Of a DNA stretch of 64,000 bases, positions 20,060 through 30,878 are shown one piece after another. A program made the position numbers and the translations under genes. This stretch comes from Patescibacteria group bacterium. GTDB lineage: Bacteria > Patescibacteriota > Patescibacteriia > Magasanikbacterales > JBBTQS01. How positions within the stretch are numbered: the stretch's first letter is position 1; each line of letters begins with the position of its first letter. The stretch is taken from positions 256,741-320,740 of the forward strand of contig JBBTQS010000001.1 in assembly GCA_038065555.1 (NCBI GenBank), read 5' to 3'. The notes beneath the pieces are model-generated. The model did not search any database. It worked only from the letters and a program-made list of their open reading frames with translations, and had not been told where the DNA came from.

Positions 20060-20797
20060 TTACTTGCGAGTCGTCGCAAGGAAATTCGCCCATTCCGGAT
20101 CGATCGCGCTGACGGACAGCTTGGCCGCAAGCGACCCAGGCACCCACATCCCCGCGTGCAGTGAGTGGCCGTCGTACTGCGAAAGAAGTTTGTACCGCAG
20201 TTCGAGGAACCGAGGACTCACCTCGGAGTCGCAGAACAACTGGTACATGAGGTGCGCCGAGTCTGGTACTTTGTAGATGCCCCACCCCCGAGTCAGTTCT
20301 CCCGCTTCTCCAAATCTGGAGCGGGTCATCGCCCACGTGCCCTGGACTGCTGGGTCCAGTGCGTAGGGAGGAACCCATCCGGCAGCATCGAGGTTGAAGT
20401 CCAGTGGAACCCCCTCTTGTGCAAGCAGTTGCCTCGTTACGATTGCCACATCGACCGTGGTCGAACCGCGTCCCCACCGCACGCGTGTGAGTTCGCCCAC
20501 GTATTTGACCCCGTGTTGCACACACCATCGTTGGAACTTGACGGTGAGACCCGACATCGAAGCGATCTCCTGCGAGAGGACTTCTTGGTACGATCTCCCT
20601 GCTCGTTGAAACGCCGCACGCCTGAGCACCTCGTCACGTGTGAGCACGTCTCCCAGTCTGCCGTTGCGGAAGTGCAGGCAACAGTCGAGAAGCCGATCGA
20701 TCTCATCGATCCCATTTCCCGCCACGAGGTAGTTGAGTATCAGCGAGATCTCCCGCGAGAAGGCGGTGATCGCCTCGTCCTTTGCTGATTGTGTCAC
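20060..20797 (-). CDS. Orphan protein with an RNA polymerase alpha-CTD-like segment (SD-led cassette)
   Basis: AGAGGAG before GTG; promoter TTGACA-N17-TACTCT at 20840-20868; LTVKFQRWCVQHGVKYVGELTR. Confidence 0.65.
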   Translation of the reverse strand: MTQSAKDEAITAFSREISLILNYLVAGNGIDEIDRLLDCCLHFRNGRLGDVLTRDEVLRRAAFQRAGRSYQEVLSQEIASMSGLTVKFQRWCVQHGVKYVGELTRVRWGRGSTTVDVAIVTRQLLAQEGVPLDFNLDAAGWVPPYALDPAVQGTWAMTRSRFGEAGELTRGWGIYKVPDSAHLMYQLFCDSEVSPRFLELRYKLLSQYDGHSLHAGMWVPGSLAAKLSVSAIDPEWANFLATTRK

Positions 20798-20913
20798 GTT
20801 CTCCTCTTTCTTCGGTACGCCATGTAGCCGAAGATCCGAAGAGTAGCACTTTTTGCACGATTTGTCAAGAATAGTGCACCTTCTGCGATGATTACATGGT
20901 ACAATAGAATTCT

Positions 20914-21759
20914 ATGAACTATTTTCACAACGTAGGACTCATGTTCGTGGGCATTGCGCTTCTCACATCCTCACCAGCTGCCGCGCTGACCAAGCCCGCA
21001 CCCGAAGTTCACACACTCGCCGTCCCACACATTTGGGAAATCCCCGATGGCAAATGGGTACCACCATGGAGTGGTGCATGTGAAGAAGTGAGCGTCGTGA
21101 TGGTCGAACGGTTCTATCTCAAGGACAAGACTGCGCAATTCACACCAGCACAGACCAAGGCTATTGTTGGTCCACTCTTTCCTTGGGAAAACAAACAGTT
21201 CGGAAGCAACATTGACACCGATGCCACTCGCACCGCACGCATGATGAATGATTTCTCCTCTGCAGAAGCAACGATTGTCTGGAATCCAACACTCGCTGCG
21301 ATCAAGGACGAGTTGCGCGCTGGGCGGCCGGTGATCTCCATGCACTATGGATATGACATGAACAATCCTCGCCACCGGTTCCGCCAGGGTAGTTCGTCGT
21401 ATCATGTGGTTGTGCTCGCAGGATTTGATGACGCCAAACAGGAATTCCTCGTGAACGATTCAGAATTCAAGGATGGTCGACACAACCGATACGCGTACAG
21501 CACGATCATGAATTCATTGCACGACTTCGATCACAAGACACGCAAGGCCAATGGCAAACCAGTTGTACTCTTCACCAGTCCCAAGCGTCTGGTGAAGACC
21601 GCGTCTGATCCCAAGGTCTATCTCGTGCGTAACAATACGCGATTCCACATCGCATCAATGGACGTGTTGCGCGCACGCCGCATCGAGCTCAAGAATCTAG
21701 AAATTATCTCTGACAGCGCACTCACCCAAATCCCCGAAGGCGCTGCCATCACAAAGTAA
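20914..21759 (+). CDS. Secreted peptidase C39-like protein with a C-terminal surface repeat
   Basis: Signal peptide; WSGACEEVS (Cys), YHVVVLAGFD (His), VNDS; C-terminal LVKTASDPKVYLV repeat. Confidence 0.8.
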   Translation: MNYFHNVGLMFVGIALLTSSPAAALTKPAPEVHTLAVPHIWEIPDGKWVPPWSGACEEVSVVMVERFYLKDKTAQFTPAQTKAIVGPLFPWENKQFGSNIDTDATRTARMMNDFSSAEATIVWNPTLAAIKDELRAGRPVISMHYGYDMNNPRHRFRQGSSSYHVVVLAGFDDAKQEFLVNDSEFKDGRHNRYAYSTIMNSLHDFDHKTRKANGKPVVLFTSPKRLVKTASDPKVYLVRNNTRFHIASMDVLRARRIELKNLEIISDSALTQIPEGAAITK

Positions 21760-21761
21760 AA

Positions 21762-21796
21762 AAGAAAAGACCTTGGGTTACCCTCGGGTCTTTTCT
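21762..21796. terminator. Bidirectional terminator-like hairpin
   Basis: AGAAAAGACC..GGG-TTA-CCC..GGTCTTTTCT. Confidence 0.7.
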
Positions 21797-21953
21797 GTTC
21801 GAAGTCGGAACACTGCTGCGCTGCGCTATGGCCGCGCGAATGGGGCACAGACCCTTTGCCTTGAGATGCTGATATCGCACCCGTATACAATCGTCAACGA
21901 TGAGTTGCACAACAGATGCAAGCGCGTTACACTACACTATCATCATTTTACCC

Positions 21954-22859
21954 ATGCAAGCACTTACACTCCAACACATCAACAAGTCCTTCACACTCGC
22001 CAACAAATCCCAGATTGAGGCGGTTCGTGATGTTTCGCTCACGATTGCACCTGGTTCTATTCACGGATTGCTTGGCCCCAACGGCGCTGGTAAATCAACG
22101 ATCATCAGCATGGTCAGCGGCATGATCACACCAGATACTGGCTCGATCTCCCTCTTTGGTGAAGATGTTGTAGCGCACCCCGAACGAACCAAGGCATTCC
22201 TCGGCATCGTTCCGCAAGAGATTGTTGTGGAAATGGCGTTCACTGTGAAGGAAGTCCTCTACTACTTCAGCGGAATGTACGGCGTACCAGCATCGCAGCG
22301 TGAAGTTCGCATTCGTGAAGTATTACAAGCACTCGATCTCGAGAGCAAAATGGACGAACGCGCGCGCAATCTCTCTGGTGGTATGAAGCGTCGGTTGATG
22401 ATTGCAAAAGCCATTCTCCATCGCCCCAAATTCCTCATTCTCGATGAGCCAACCGCAGGAGTTGACGTCACGCTCCGACAGCGCATCTGGTCGCTCGTAC
22501 GCCAGCTCAATGCAGAAGGAACAACGATTCTCTTCACCACGCACTATCTCGAGGAAGCTGAGAATCTCTGCGAGGCAATCACGCTCATTGACCACGGACA
22601 AGTGATCAAGGACGGCAAGCTCAAAGACATTCAACAGGAATTCTCCAAAAATGCGATTCACTTCGAGTTGTACAAGCCGACAACAGCACACCTCCCCGGC
22701 GTAGTGCCTGTTGGCACAGAATTCGAGTATCCAATGACAAATCTCGCAGCAGACACAGGTCTGCTCACTGCGCACTATGGTGACAACATGAAGTCGCTGC
22801 GCTCTGAGGCAGCATCTCTTGAGTCTATTTTCATCAAGCTCACCAATCAATCCGTATGA
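21954..22859 (+). CDS. ABC transporter ATP-binding protein (YadG-like)
   Basis: GPNGAGKST, LSGGMKRRLMIAKA, LDEPTAGVD. Confidence 0.92.
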   Translation: MQALTLQHINKSFTLANKSQIEAVRDVSLTIAPGSIHGLLGPNGAGKSTIISMVSGMITPDTGSISLFGEDVVAHPERTKAFLGIVPQEIVVEMAFTVKEVLYYFSGMYGVPASQREVRIREVLQALDLESKMDERARNLSGGMKRRLMIAKAILHRPKFLILDEPTAGVDVTLRQRIWSLVRQLNAEGTTILFTTHYLEEAENLCEAITLIDHGQVIKDGKLKDIQQEFSKNAIHFELYKPTTAHLPGVVPVGTEFEYPMTNLAADTGLLTAHYGDNMKSLRSEAASLESIFIKLTNQSV

Positions 22860-23617
22860 TGACCGGCATGTGGGCGCTCTACGCGCGTGAAGTCAAGCGA
22901 TTCCAAAAGATTTTGCTCGATACATTAGCAAGTCCGATTGTTTCTGTGGTGCTCTACCTCGGCATCTTCGGTATTGTCGCTGCGGATAGACTTATTGAAG
23001 GAATCCCGTATGTAACATTCGTGTACACGGGATTGCTCGGCATGATGATGGTCAACAGCAGCTTTTCCAATCCTGCGTTTGCCCTCGTTATTGCGAAGAA
23101 TTTGGGAAGTATTATCGATCTGCAACTTGTTCCGCTCAAGTCGTGGCAAATTGGATTGGCGTACACACTCGCCGCAATGACGCGTGGTTTCATCACGATG
23201 CTTGTGGCAATTCTTGTAACCGTGTGGTTCATTCCAGACATGGGCATTCATAGCTGGTGGTATTTGATCGCCGGTATTCTTGTCACTGGTATTGAATTTG
23301 GTTCTCTTGGTGTTGTATTTGGTCTCTGGGCAAAGAGCTTTGAGGCGCTCACATTCGTGACGACGTTCGTGATGCAACCCATGATCTTCCTTGCTGGTGT
23401 GTTCTATCCGATTGCTGATCTCCCGCATCCTTGGGCAGCAATTAGTATGTGGAATCCGATCCACCACACCATCAACGTGTTGCGCTACGCAGCAACAGGA
23501 TACGCAGACACGTCTCCACTTCTCTCCCTCTCGATCATGACTGGCATCGCGGTTGTACTCTTCGGATGGATGCAGGTGAGCACGCAACGTGGATTGCGAC
23601 GCATCAAGACGCAGTAA
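22856..23617 (+). CDS. ABC-2 permease (YadH-like)
   Basis: REVKRF, six TMs, PMIFLAGVFYP..WNPIHH; ATGA overlap with the ATPase gene. Confidence 0.9.
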   Translation: MMTGMWALYAREVKRFQKILLDTLASPIVSVVLYLGIFGIVAADRLIEGIPYVTFVYTGLLGMMMVNSSFSNPAFALVIAKNLGSIIDLQLVPLKSWQIGLAYTLAAMTRGFITMLVAILVTVWFIPDMGIHSWWYLIAGILVTGIEFGSLGVVFGLWAKSFEALTFVTTFVMQPMIFLAGVFYPIADLPHPWAAISMWNPIHHTINVLRYAATGYADTSPLLSLSIMTGIAVVLFGWMQVSTQRGLRRIKTQ

Positions 23618-23680
23618 GTCTCGCATACCACAAAAAGACAAGCGCCCTCGTGAAGTGATATCACGGGGGCATTTGCTTGT

Positions 23681-24202
23681 TCATGAGTTGTAGTCCTCGC
23701 CATCAGCGAGAACAATTTCGTAACGACACCCTCCCGACAAGATCATGTCACTTGCCGCCCTGTTCACCCGGGCAAAGAGACGCCAGTGCGCCGTGAATTT
23801 GCCTTGTGGATGTTTTGGCGAAGGAAGGATGACTTTGTCCAGGTCGATTTGGAAGAACACCTTCCCACCATCTACCGGAGCCGGTGAATGGCGCCCCCAG
23901 ATTTCAGATCGAACGAATCCCCCTCCGGAAACCCCGGAGATATGGAACTGACCCGCAGCGTCCAAAATAACGCCGCGCAGTCGACTTCCTGGATACACGT
24001 CCTTTCTCGTATGCATGAGTGTCAGCCCATAGCGTACGCTCTCAACGAGCCACGCTTTTTGCTGCGTTACTCCTGCAATCGGACTACGCGCTCTGTCCAT
24101 GTCTGCCTTGGGGGGCAGCAGGACCGTCAAAAAGGAAGAAGTTGCTGTGGTAACAGCCTCGACAACCGAGACTGCACCACTTGGAACCAATGCAACTGAC
24201 AT
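23681..24202 (-). CDS. Orphan hypothetical protein (SD-led cassette)
   Basis: AAGGAGGG 5 nt before ATG; promoter TTGACC-N17-TAGACT at 24238-24266; hairpin at about 23638-23676. Confidence 0.7.
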   Translation of the reverse strand: MSVALVPSGAVSVVEAVTTATSSFLTVLLPPKADMDRARSPIAGVTQQKAWLVESVRYGLTLMHTRKDVYPGSRLRGVILDAAGQFHISGVSGGGFVRSEIWGRHSPAPVDGGKVFFQIDLDKVILPSPKHPQGKFTAHWRLFARVNRAASDMILSGGCRYEIVLADGEDYNS

Positions 24203-24316
24203 AGTGTCCCTCCTTGTGAGGAATCTGTTGCAGCTCAAGTCTATATGATTCCTCTGTTTTGGTCAATATATACCAACAAACACTGCCATGGTGGGCAGCG
24301 TTTGTGCTGTGTGACC

Positions 24317-27300
24317 TTAAAGCTGTGTGGTCAGAATCGTGTAATTGACGAAGTACGCGTCTGGGACATCGACTACTTTCTTCGCCCAGTCTGCGCCATA
24401 GAGCTCTACAGCACGTGCCTCAGTCGAGACCCACTGCAATGTAGCGTCTGCTGTCACTGCGTAGACCTTCGGAACTGTCGTGATCTTCACGAGGTATGTA
24501 CCTGGCTTGATCGTCATATTCTTGCCGAGCGAGAATGTGGCGAGCTGCTCTGGTGTGATTGTCTTCACCTTGCTGAAGTCCTTGCCATACCAGCTGTGAT
24601 ACACCGCTTCCATAGGGAATGACCGTCGAGTTCCTGATGCGTCAATGTAGTAGACTGCTGTGTTACCGTCGATCTTCACAAGATCGCCCACGCTCAGTCC
24701 AAATGGGATCTGGACACCAGGGACTGGAGTTGTTGGGAGCTTGTCACCCGTAACTGGTGGAGGCGTGACAACGCCGCTTTCTGATGCTGCTGTAACTGTA
24801 ATAGAATCACTTGCAACGGCTGATACCGCACCTGTCGCGCTTGCGAACTTCACATATACTGTCTTGCTTCCATTTCCTGCGCTGAGTGTGAATGCACGTG
24901 AAGTCACGTACGGCTCCCAAACACCTCCAACAAATTCAGGATGTTCGCTCACTGCCATTTCAGATGCACCTGTTGCTGTGAGTTGGAGTACGACGTTGCG
25001 TGATGCTGTTGACGCTGCGTTGGCATTGATGACTACTGTGCCAGCAACTGTTGTTGCGCTTGTAGCACCTGTTGATCCAGATGATCCTTGGCTCAACACA
25101 CTAATCGTTGTGGTTGATGCGTCCGTTGTATTTGTTGCATCCACAAATGCTACCGAAAGCGTTCCGTTACCTGTCATGTCGAGTGTTCCGTCGCCCACTG
25201 ATGCAACGTTGGTACCACGTACCGTGAGCGCACCACGGAAAATTCCTGTTGCAACGCCGGTCTCGGTCATGAGCACTGATTCTGCGTCACCAGTGTTGCT
25301 GTAGAGACGAATCTGGTTAGACCCAGCAGTCATGCTTTCGGACGTTGAGCCATTGAGATTGCCGTCGTCGTCATTTACTTCCACGTAGAGTAGATCTCCT
25401 GCGCGATACGTAATGGTTGATTGCTGTGTACCAGAGCCATCAACAAACCGGAGATACCCATTCGGGTTAATAATTGTTCCTGTTTGTGTCAATGTTCCGC
25501 TGTTGGCGATGCTGCCAACCGCTGGAACCGTGAGATCAACTCCGGTATCTACTACGACAGTTGTTCCTGCTGCAATCGTGAGTGTTCCCATCACTGTCGT
25601 TGTTGCAGTGAATGTGAATGTCTGCCCAGAAGCAGAGATCGTAACATTACCTGGGTATACAAATGTACTTGGCAAGTTACCACTTCCTGTGAAGGCAACC
25701 GTACTTGTTGAAGCAAATCGATACTGGTTGTTTGTGACGGCAATTAATTTTGTTGCATCTGTCGATGCTACCGTAAATGTACCACCATCAACACGGATGT
25801 ACGCAAGAGTTGTTGTAACGCTTGGACGAGTCACTGTGAGTGAGTACCCTGCTGGGATAATCATCGTACTCGAAACAGCGATTTTGCCGAGGTTCATTGT
25901 TCCAGCACTCGCGCCTACTGACTGAAGCGTGCCAGACTGTGTCGTCGAAATCGATGTTGTTGCTGAACCTGCAGTAATCGTTCCCGCTGCAGTCATGAGC
26001 ACATCACCTGCGAAAGTGATTCCAGTAGTTCCGTTAGGCAAAACGATACTCGTTGATGCACCAGTTACAAGGAAGTCATTTGTAACAACCATTGGATCAT
26101 CGAATACATCGAATCGAAGTGTACCTGTCGCAACAGTGAGATTAATGACATCCCAATACCCCATCACATTCGTGAGACTACCACTTGCTGATGTACCAGG
26201 ATAGAGTGTGCCTGATTCCTTACGAATGTATACATCGTAAAACTGTACTGTGGACGAAACAAACTGATCGCCTGTACCATCGAAAATAAATACGTTTTCG
26301 CCTGCTGTAATCGCTGCCGCACCCAGACGTTGGTAGAAGTGCCCACCGACATTGAACTGTCCTGTTCCCCAGAGCAAGCCAATATGCGTCCCTGGATTGC
26401 ACAATCCTGCACCCGATGCTTCGAGTGATAAAGTGCCGTCAGCATCAAGTGTTGCGTTCTTTGTGCGGAAATCTGCGTTACCTTCGGTAACCTTGAGGTG
26501 CGTTGTTGCTAAGCCACCACTCACGATCATTGTTGAAGCACTAGCACACGGGAGTGTTACCTGAAACGTACCAGCAAAAACATGGTTACTCGTTGAAGTT
26601 ACGTAATAAGTTCCAGAATCCTGTGGATCGTAAGAATATGTCGTGCTCACTGTGCTCAGTGTTGCTGATGAACCGATCTGGATATTTCCCTGGAATGTAT
26701 ACGTTGGCGTACCGAGTGCGAGTCCGGCTTGCGCGTTATTTGCGATAGTCAGTGAACCACCTTGTGTCCACGCGATGTTATTTGTTTGGAAATCAAAGAG
26801 TCCTTGTGTAATTGTCGCTGCACAGTACGAGGTCAATGTATCGGATACAAGAATAACACTGTCTGAGGATCCACCTGCTGTATTATTTACTTCAATAGTG
26901 CAGTATGAAGCAGATGAACCTGGTCGGAATGTCTGTGATGCAGCGGTACCACCGAATTCAAGCGCGAACATGTGCGCTTCGTCGAGCGTGAGTGTTCCAC
27001 CGTTGATCATCCAGTCACCCTTCACCGTGGTATCGAGCGCAGGCAAAAAAGTTCCCGAGTTCAACACAAGATCGTCGTTGAATACTGCGGTACCACTATT
27101 AAAAGTAGAAGTAACAGTACCACCTGCGATAGTCATCGCACCTCCGGCCGTCAACGTATATGTTGCAACATTGAATGTACCCGCAGAAATCGTTGATGAT
27201 GCGATTGTAGCGTTGGCACCGAGTGTAATAATACCAGAGTATCCAGATGCAACACGCACTACAAGGTTTGAATAACTCGAGGCAAATGTAGAATCCCAAG

Positions 27301-27523
27301 TTGCATTCGATGTGGATGTGCCGTCGAAGACAATAGTGTCCCCATCTGCAGGTAATGTATTACTATCCCAGTTGGATGCTGTGCTCATGTTACCACTGCC
27401 ATCCCAGGTCTTGGTTGCAGCATGTGTGTCAGCTTGTACACCCACAAACAATGCAAATGCACCTAGGAGCACCCCCGCAGTCCGCAATCCTTGCAACACA
27501 AATGATCTTGTTCCCATACGCAT
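24317..27523 (-). CDS. Large Thr/Gly-rich surface adhesin-like protein with a C-terminal cell-surface repeat domain
   Basis: Signal peptide; beta-helix/passenger-like repeats; ETGVATGIFRG and LSAGNGSKTVYVKF modules; C-terminal KPGTYLVKITTVPKVYAV. Confidence 0.85.
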   Translation of the reverse strand: MRMGTRSFVLQGLRTAGVLLGAFALFVGVQADTHAATKTWDGSGNMSTASNWDSNTLPADGDTIVFDGTSTSNATWDSTFASSYSNLVVRVASGYSGIITLGANATIASSTISAGTFNVATYTLTAGGAMTIAGGTVTSTFNSGTAVFNDDLVLNSGTFLPALDTTVKGDWMINGGTLTLDEAHMFALEFGGTAASQTFRPGSSASYCTIEVNNTAGGSSDSVILVSDTLTSYCAATITQGLFDFQTNNIAWTQGGSLTIANNAQAGLALGTPTYTFQGNIQIGSSATLSTVSTTYSYDPQDSGTYYVTSTSNHVFAGTFQVTLPCASASTMIVSGGLATTHLKVTEGNADFRTKNATLDADGTLSLEASGAGLCNPGTHIGLLWGTGQFNVGGHFYQRLGAAAITAGENVFIFDGTGDQFVSSTVQFYDVYIRKESGTLYPGTSASGSLTNVMGYWDVINLTVATGTLRFDVFDDPMVVTNDFLVTGASTSIVLPNGTTGITFAGDVLMTAAGTITAGSATTSISTTQSGTLQSVGASAGTMNLGKIAVSSTMIIPAGYSLTVTRPSVTTTLAYIRVDGGTFTVASTDATKLIAVTNNQYRFASTSTVAFTGSGNLPSTFVYPGNVTISASGQTFTFTATTTVMGTLTIAAGTTVVVDTGVDLTVPAVGSIANSGTLTQTGTIINPNGYLRFVDGSGTQQSTITYRAGDLLYVEVNDDDGNLNGSTSESMTAGSNQIRLYSNTGDAESVLMTETGVATGIFRGALTVRGTNVASVGDGTLDMTGNGTLSVAFVDATNTTDASTTTISVLSQGSSGSTGATSATTVAGTVVINANAASTASRNVVLQLTATGASEMAVSEHPEFVGGVWEPYVTSRAFTLSAGNGSKTVYVKFASATGAVSAVASDSITVTAASESGVVTPPPVTGDKLPTTPVPGVQIPFGLSVGDLVKIDGNTAVYYIDASGTRRSFPMEAVYHSWYGKDFSKVKTITPEQLATFSLGKNMTIKPGTYLVKITTVPKVYAVTADATLQWVSTEARAVELYGADWAKKVVDVPDAYFVNYTILTTQL

Positions 27524-27549
27524 TATTATTGGTCGGAGTATAGCACACT

Positions 27550-28683
27550 TTAGAGTTGTCGGAAAAGTTTTTGCATTCTTTGGGCAATCACTGACCAATC
27601 GAAATTCCTTGCGCGTCGAAGTCCTTCTCCGCGACAGCGCTCTCGCAGTTCGTTATCGCCGCGTAACCGTGTAATTGCCTCTGCGATAGACTGTGGATTA
27701 TTCGGCTCACAGAACACGCCACTCACATCAGACTCCACAATATCTGGGATGCCGCCAACAGGGGTAGCAACAACAGGGATTCCAGCTGCCTGCGCCTCCA
27801 GGAACACATTCCCCAACCCTTCAGAGATCGACGCGCGACAAAATACATCACTCGCATGCAGATATGCAGGCAGATCACGATGGCCAACAGATCCGACGAA
27901 ATGTACTCGCTCACGAATGGATTGCGCCCGCTGTCGCAACACTGGCTCCAGCCCACCACTCCCCACAATTACTACATGCGTGTCCAATGGTAATGCAGCA
28001 CATGCTGCAATCAAATCGCCAACACCATTCTTTTCAACCAACCGAGAAACCGTTATTACAACCCATGCGTCAGCTGGTATTCCGAGTGTTTTTCGCACCT
28101 CGCTGCGCGTTTGCGCCGGTTGTGCAAAATGCGCCACTGCAACGCCATTTGGGATCACCTCTACACGATTGCCCGCATACCCCATCTTCACTGCCCATGC
28201 GCCCAGTGACGAGCTAATCGCATGTATCACTGATGCGCGGCGAAAAATCGCCTGCACCATCCAGAAAAAGCCTCTTGATGCGCGACGAATATGTTCCTCG
28301 CTGTCCCCTTCTTGCACAGACAATACAAAAGGAATCTGTGGACGAAATGCTGCGACAATGCGTGCTGCCAGCCCTCCATAACTCGCCATAATCGCCCAAA
28401 TCGCTTGTACATTACGATGACGAAACGCAATAAGTGGTGCCAAAAGAGGCAATAACACCTTGTCGAGTGCCGCAACACCCACACCAATACGATGCACTTC
28501 CACATTTTCTATGTGTTCGTTTGTCGCGAGTCCTGGCTTGATCCGCGCACAGTAGAGAATCCAACGATACTCAGGAATGCGACGAGTAACCTCTTGTACC
28601 GCAATCTCAGCACCTCCAATAAGCGGCAAATACGCGGTGGAAAAAATCAAAATGGTTTTCTTTGCGTGCACCGCCTGATCCAT
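27550..28683 (-). CDS. Glycosyltransferase family 4
   Basis: GGAE; SRLVEKNG; EGLGNVFLEAQAAG. Confidence 0.92.
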   Translation of the reverse strand: MDQAVHAKKTILIFSTAYLPLIGGAEIAVQEVTRRIPEYRWILYCARIKPGLATNEHIENVEVHRIGVGVAALDKVLLPLLAPLIAFRHRNVQAIWAIMASYGGLAARIVAAFRPQIPFVLSVQEGDSEEHIRRASRGFFWMVQAIFRRASVIHAISSSLGAWAVKMGYAGNRVEVIPNGVAVAHFAQPAQTRSEVRKTLGIPADAWVVITVSRLVEKNGVGDLIAACAALPLDTHVVIVGSGGLEPVLRQRAQSIRERVHFVGSVGHRDLPAYLHASDVFCRASISEGLGNVFLEAQAAGIPVVATPVGGIPDIVESDVSGVFCEPNNPQSIAEAITRLRGDNELRERCRGEGLRRARNFDWSVIAQRMQKLFRQL

Positions 28684-28688
28684 ACGTT

Positions 28689-29648
28689 TTATACCTTAGT
28701 CGTCCTGCGAACTTCTTTCTTGAAATAGGCAACTGATTTTTGCAATCCTTCGCGCAATGAGACCTTGGGCTCCCAACCAAGAATCTCCCGAGCACGGGCA
28801 ATATCTGGCTGACGACGACGTGGATCATCTTCGCGTGGCGCGCTGTGTACAACCTCACTACGACTCTTCGTGACAGCCAACACTTCAGCAGCAAGTTCAT
28901 TCACTGTGAACTCAGTGGCGTTACCGAGGTTGATCGGTCCGTGCACATCTGGCGCGCTCGCCATCATACGAACCAACCCGTCAACGAGATCTGAGACATA
29001 ACAAAAACTTCGCGTCTGTGATCCATCACCATCGATGCGAATTGTCGTTCCTTTGATCGCTGACACGATGAAATTACTCACCACGCGTCCATCCTCTAAC
29101 GCCATGTTCGGACCGTACGTATTGAAAATCCGCACCACCTTCACTGGCGCTTGATACTGTCTAATATATTCAAAACACAGCGTCTCAGCGAGACGTTTGC
29201 CTTCGTCGTAGCATGCACGCGGGCCAATCGGATTCACCGAACCCAAATAGGTCTCCGGTTGTGGGTGTACCTCAGGATCTCCATATACTTCTGAGGTCGA
29301 TGCATGCAGGAGCGTCGCACCTTTGGCTCGTGCAAAAGCTAACAGCTGACGAATTCCATCCACGCTCGCAGCAATGGTCTCAAATGGAAATGCAAAATAT
29401 TTTGCTGGTGACGCAGGGCACGCGAGGTTATAAATCTCATGCACAGGCTCTGCAATCTTGAGTGGACGCGTTACATCGTGCTTCTTGAACACAAACGCAC
29501 CAGACTTCGAAAGTCCTCGCAGATTCCGTCGATCGCCGGTGATGAGTGAGTCCACGCCAATGACGCGATGCCCCTGCTCGAGCAAGACGCGCACCAAGTG
29601 ACTCCCGATAAATCCAGCTGCACCAGCGACGACAATGGTTTTTTGCAT
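28689..29648 (-). CDS. UDP-glucuronic acid decarboxylase (UDP-xylose synthase family SDR)
   Basis: GAAGFIGSHL, NLACPASP, STSEVYGDP, YDEGKR, RIFNTYGP, DDPRRRQPDI. Confidence 0.92.
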   Translation of the reverse strand: MQKTIVVAGAAGFIGSHLVRVLLEQGHRVIGVDSLITGDRRNLRGLSKSGAFVFKKHDVTRPLKIAEPVHEIYNLACPASPAKYFAFPFETIAASVDGIRQLLAFARAKGATLLHASTSEVYGDPEVHPQPETYLGSVNPIGPRACYDEGKRLAETLCFEYIRQYQAPVKVVRIFNTYGPNMALEDGRVVSNFIVSAIKGTTIRIDGDGSQTRSFCYVSDLVDGLVRMMASAPDVHGPINLGNATEFTVNELAAEVLAVTKSRSEVVHSAPREDDPRRRQPDIARAREILGWEPKVSLREGLQKSVAYFKKEVRRTTKV

Positions 29649-29717
29649 AGACCCGTTATTCTCTGTATGATGCTAACTACACCATATTTCTTCGCAAAAG
29701 TAAACAAAACACGTTCT

Positions 29718-30878
29718 ATGTCCACCACTCCCCACCCACGTCTCACGGTTGGACTCCTCATTACGCAAGGCCATTGGGGTGGTGCGCAACAATACGTCTT
29801 CGATCTTGCAACGCACCTCGCATCCGAGATGAACGTCGTTGTAGGCATTGGCTCTCCAACACGCGGCCAAGAATTACAACAACGCCTTGCGGCATGGAAT
29901 ACGGCGCATCCCAAATCTCCCATCACCATACAACAACTCACGCATCTTGTGCGCGAGATTTCTCCATTAAAAGACCTTCGTGCGCTTGCTGAAATCAAAA
30001 ACTTCGTTGTACGCAATCACCTTGATATTCTCCACTGCAACAGTGCCAAAGCTACAGTGATCGGTTCATTTGCAACGCGTGCGCTCCCTGTCCGACGCGT
30101 CACAACAGTACATGGATTCACATTCACCGAACCACTTTCCTGGGCACGCAGAGCGTTCTACCGAACACTCGAGCGAATCGCCAGCACCTCTGCACACCTG
30201 CTCATTTGTCCAGATCGCGCATCATACGCCATTGCCAAGGACTCATTCCACATTCCACAATCGCGCCTCGCACTGATTCCACACACACGCACGGACATCG
30301 CGTTCCTTCCACGTGATGCAGCACGTACTGCGCTTGCAAAACACATAGGACACACGATCACAGATCACACCCAAATCATTGGATCAATTGCTAATTTCTA
30401 CAAAGTCAAAAACCAAGCGCTCCTCCTCGAGTCCTTCGCACTCCTCGCACAACAAAATCCCGAAGCCATTTGCATACTCATCGGAGACGGCAGCGAACGC
30501 CAAAACCTAGAGAGTATTCGCACATCACTCCCCTGCGCAAACCGAATTTTCTTCGCGGGTGCAATCGAAAACGCCGCAACACTTCTGCGAGGATTTGAAG
30601 TCTTCGCACTGACTTCAGACAAAGAAGGATACCCATTTGTTCTCCTCGAAGCTCGCGCCGCTGGTATCCCCATTGTTGTGCGCAATATCGGTGGCTGTCC
30701 TGAAATTATAGAAGGGGTGAGCAACGCTAGTAGCGTCACCACCCCCACTCCCACAGCAATTGCTGCGGCACTCACACGCGCACTCGAACAAAATCCTATT
30801 TCACAAACGCGCACATCGAGTGAACTCATGCACAATGCAACGCGTGTACGTTACCATTCTCTAGTCACGAACCAATAA
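29718..30878 (+). CDS. Glycosyltransferase family 4
   Basis: WGGAQQYV; LHCNSAKA; EGYPFVLLEARAAG. Confidence 0.88.
   Translation: MSTTPHPRLTVGLLITQGHWGGAQQYVFDLATHLASEMNVVVGIGSPTRGQELQQRLAAWNTAHPKSPITIQQLTHLVREISPLKDLRALAEIKNFVVRNHLDILHCNSAKATVIGSFATRALPVRRVTTVHGFTFTEPLSWARRAFYRTLERIASTSAHLLICPDRASYAIAKDSFHIPQSRLALIPHTRTDIAFLPRDAARTALAKHIGHTITDHTQIIGSIANFYKVKNQALLLESFALLAQQNPEAICILIGDGSERQNLESIRTSLPCANRIFFAGAIENAATLLRGFEVFALTSDKEGYPFVLLEARAAGIPIVVRNIGGCPEIIEGVSNASSVTTPTPTAIAAALTRALEQNPISQTRTSSELMHNATRVRYHSLVTNQ

Noticed and set aside
29718-30878. Lone plus-strand GT4 as an invertible phase-variation segment
   Set aside because: No flanking inverted repeats or recombinase were seen; its 3' end overlaps the convergent gene.
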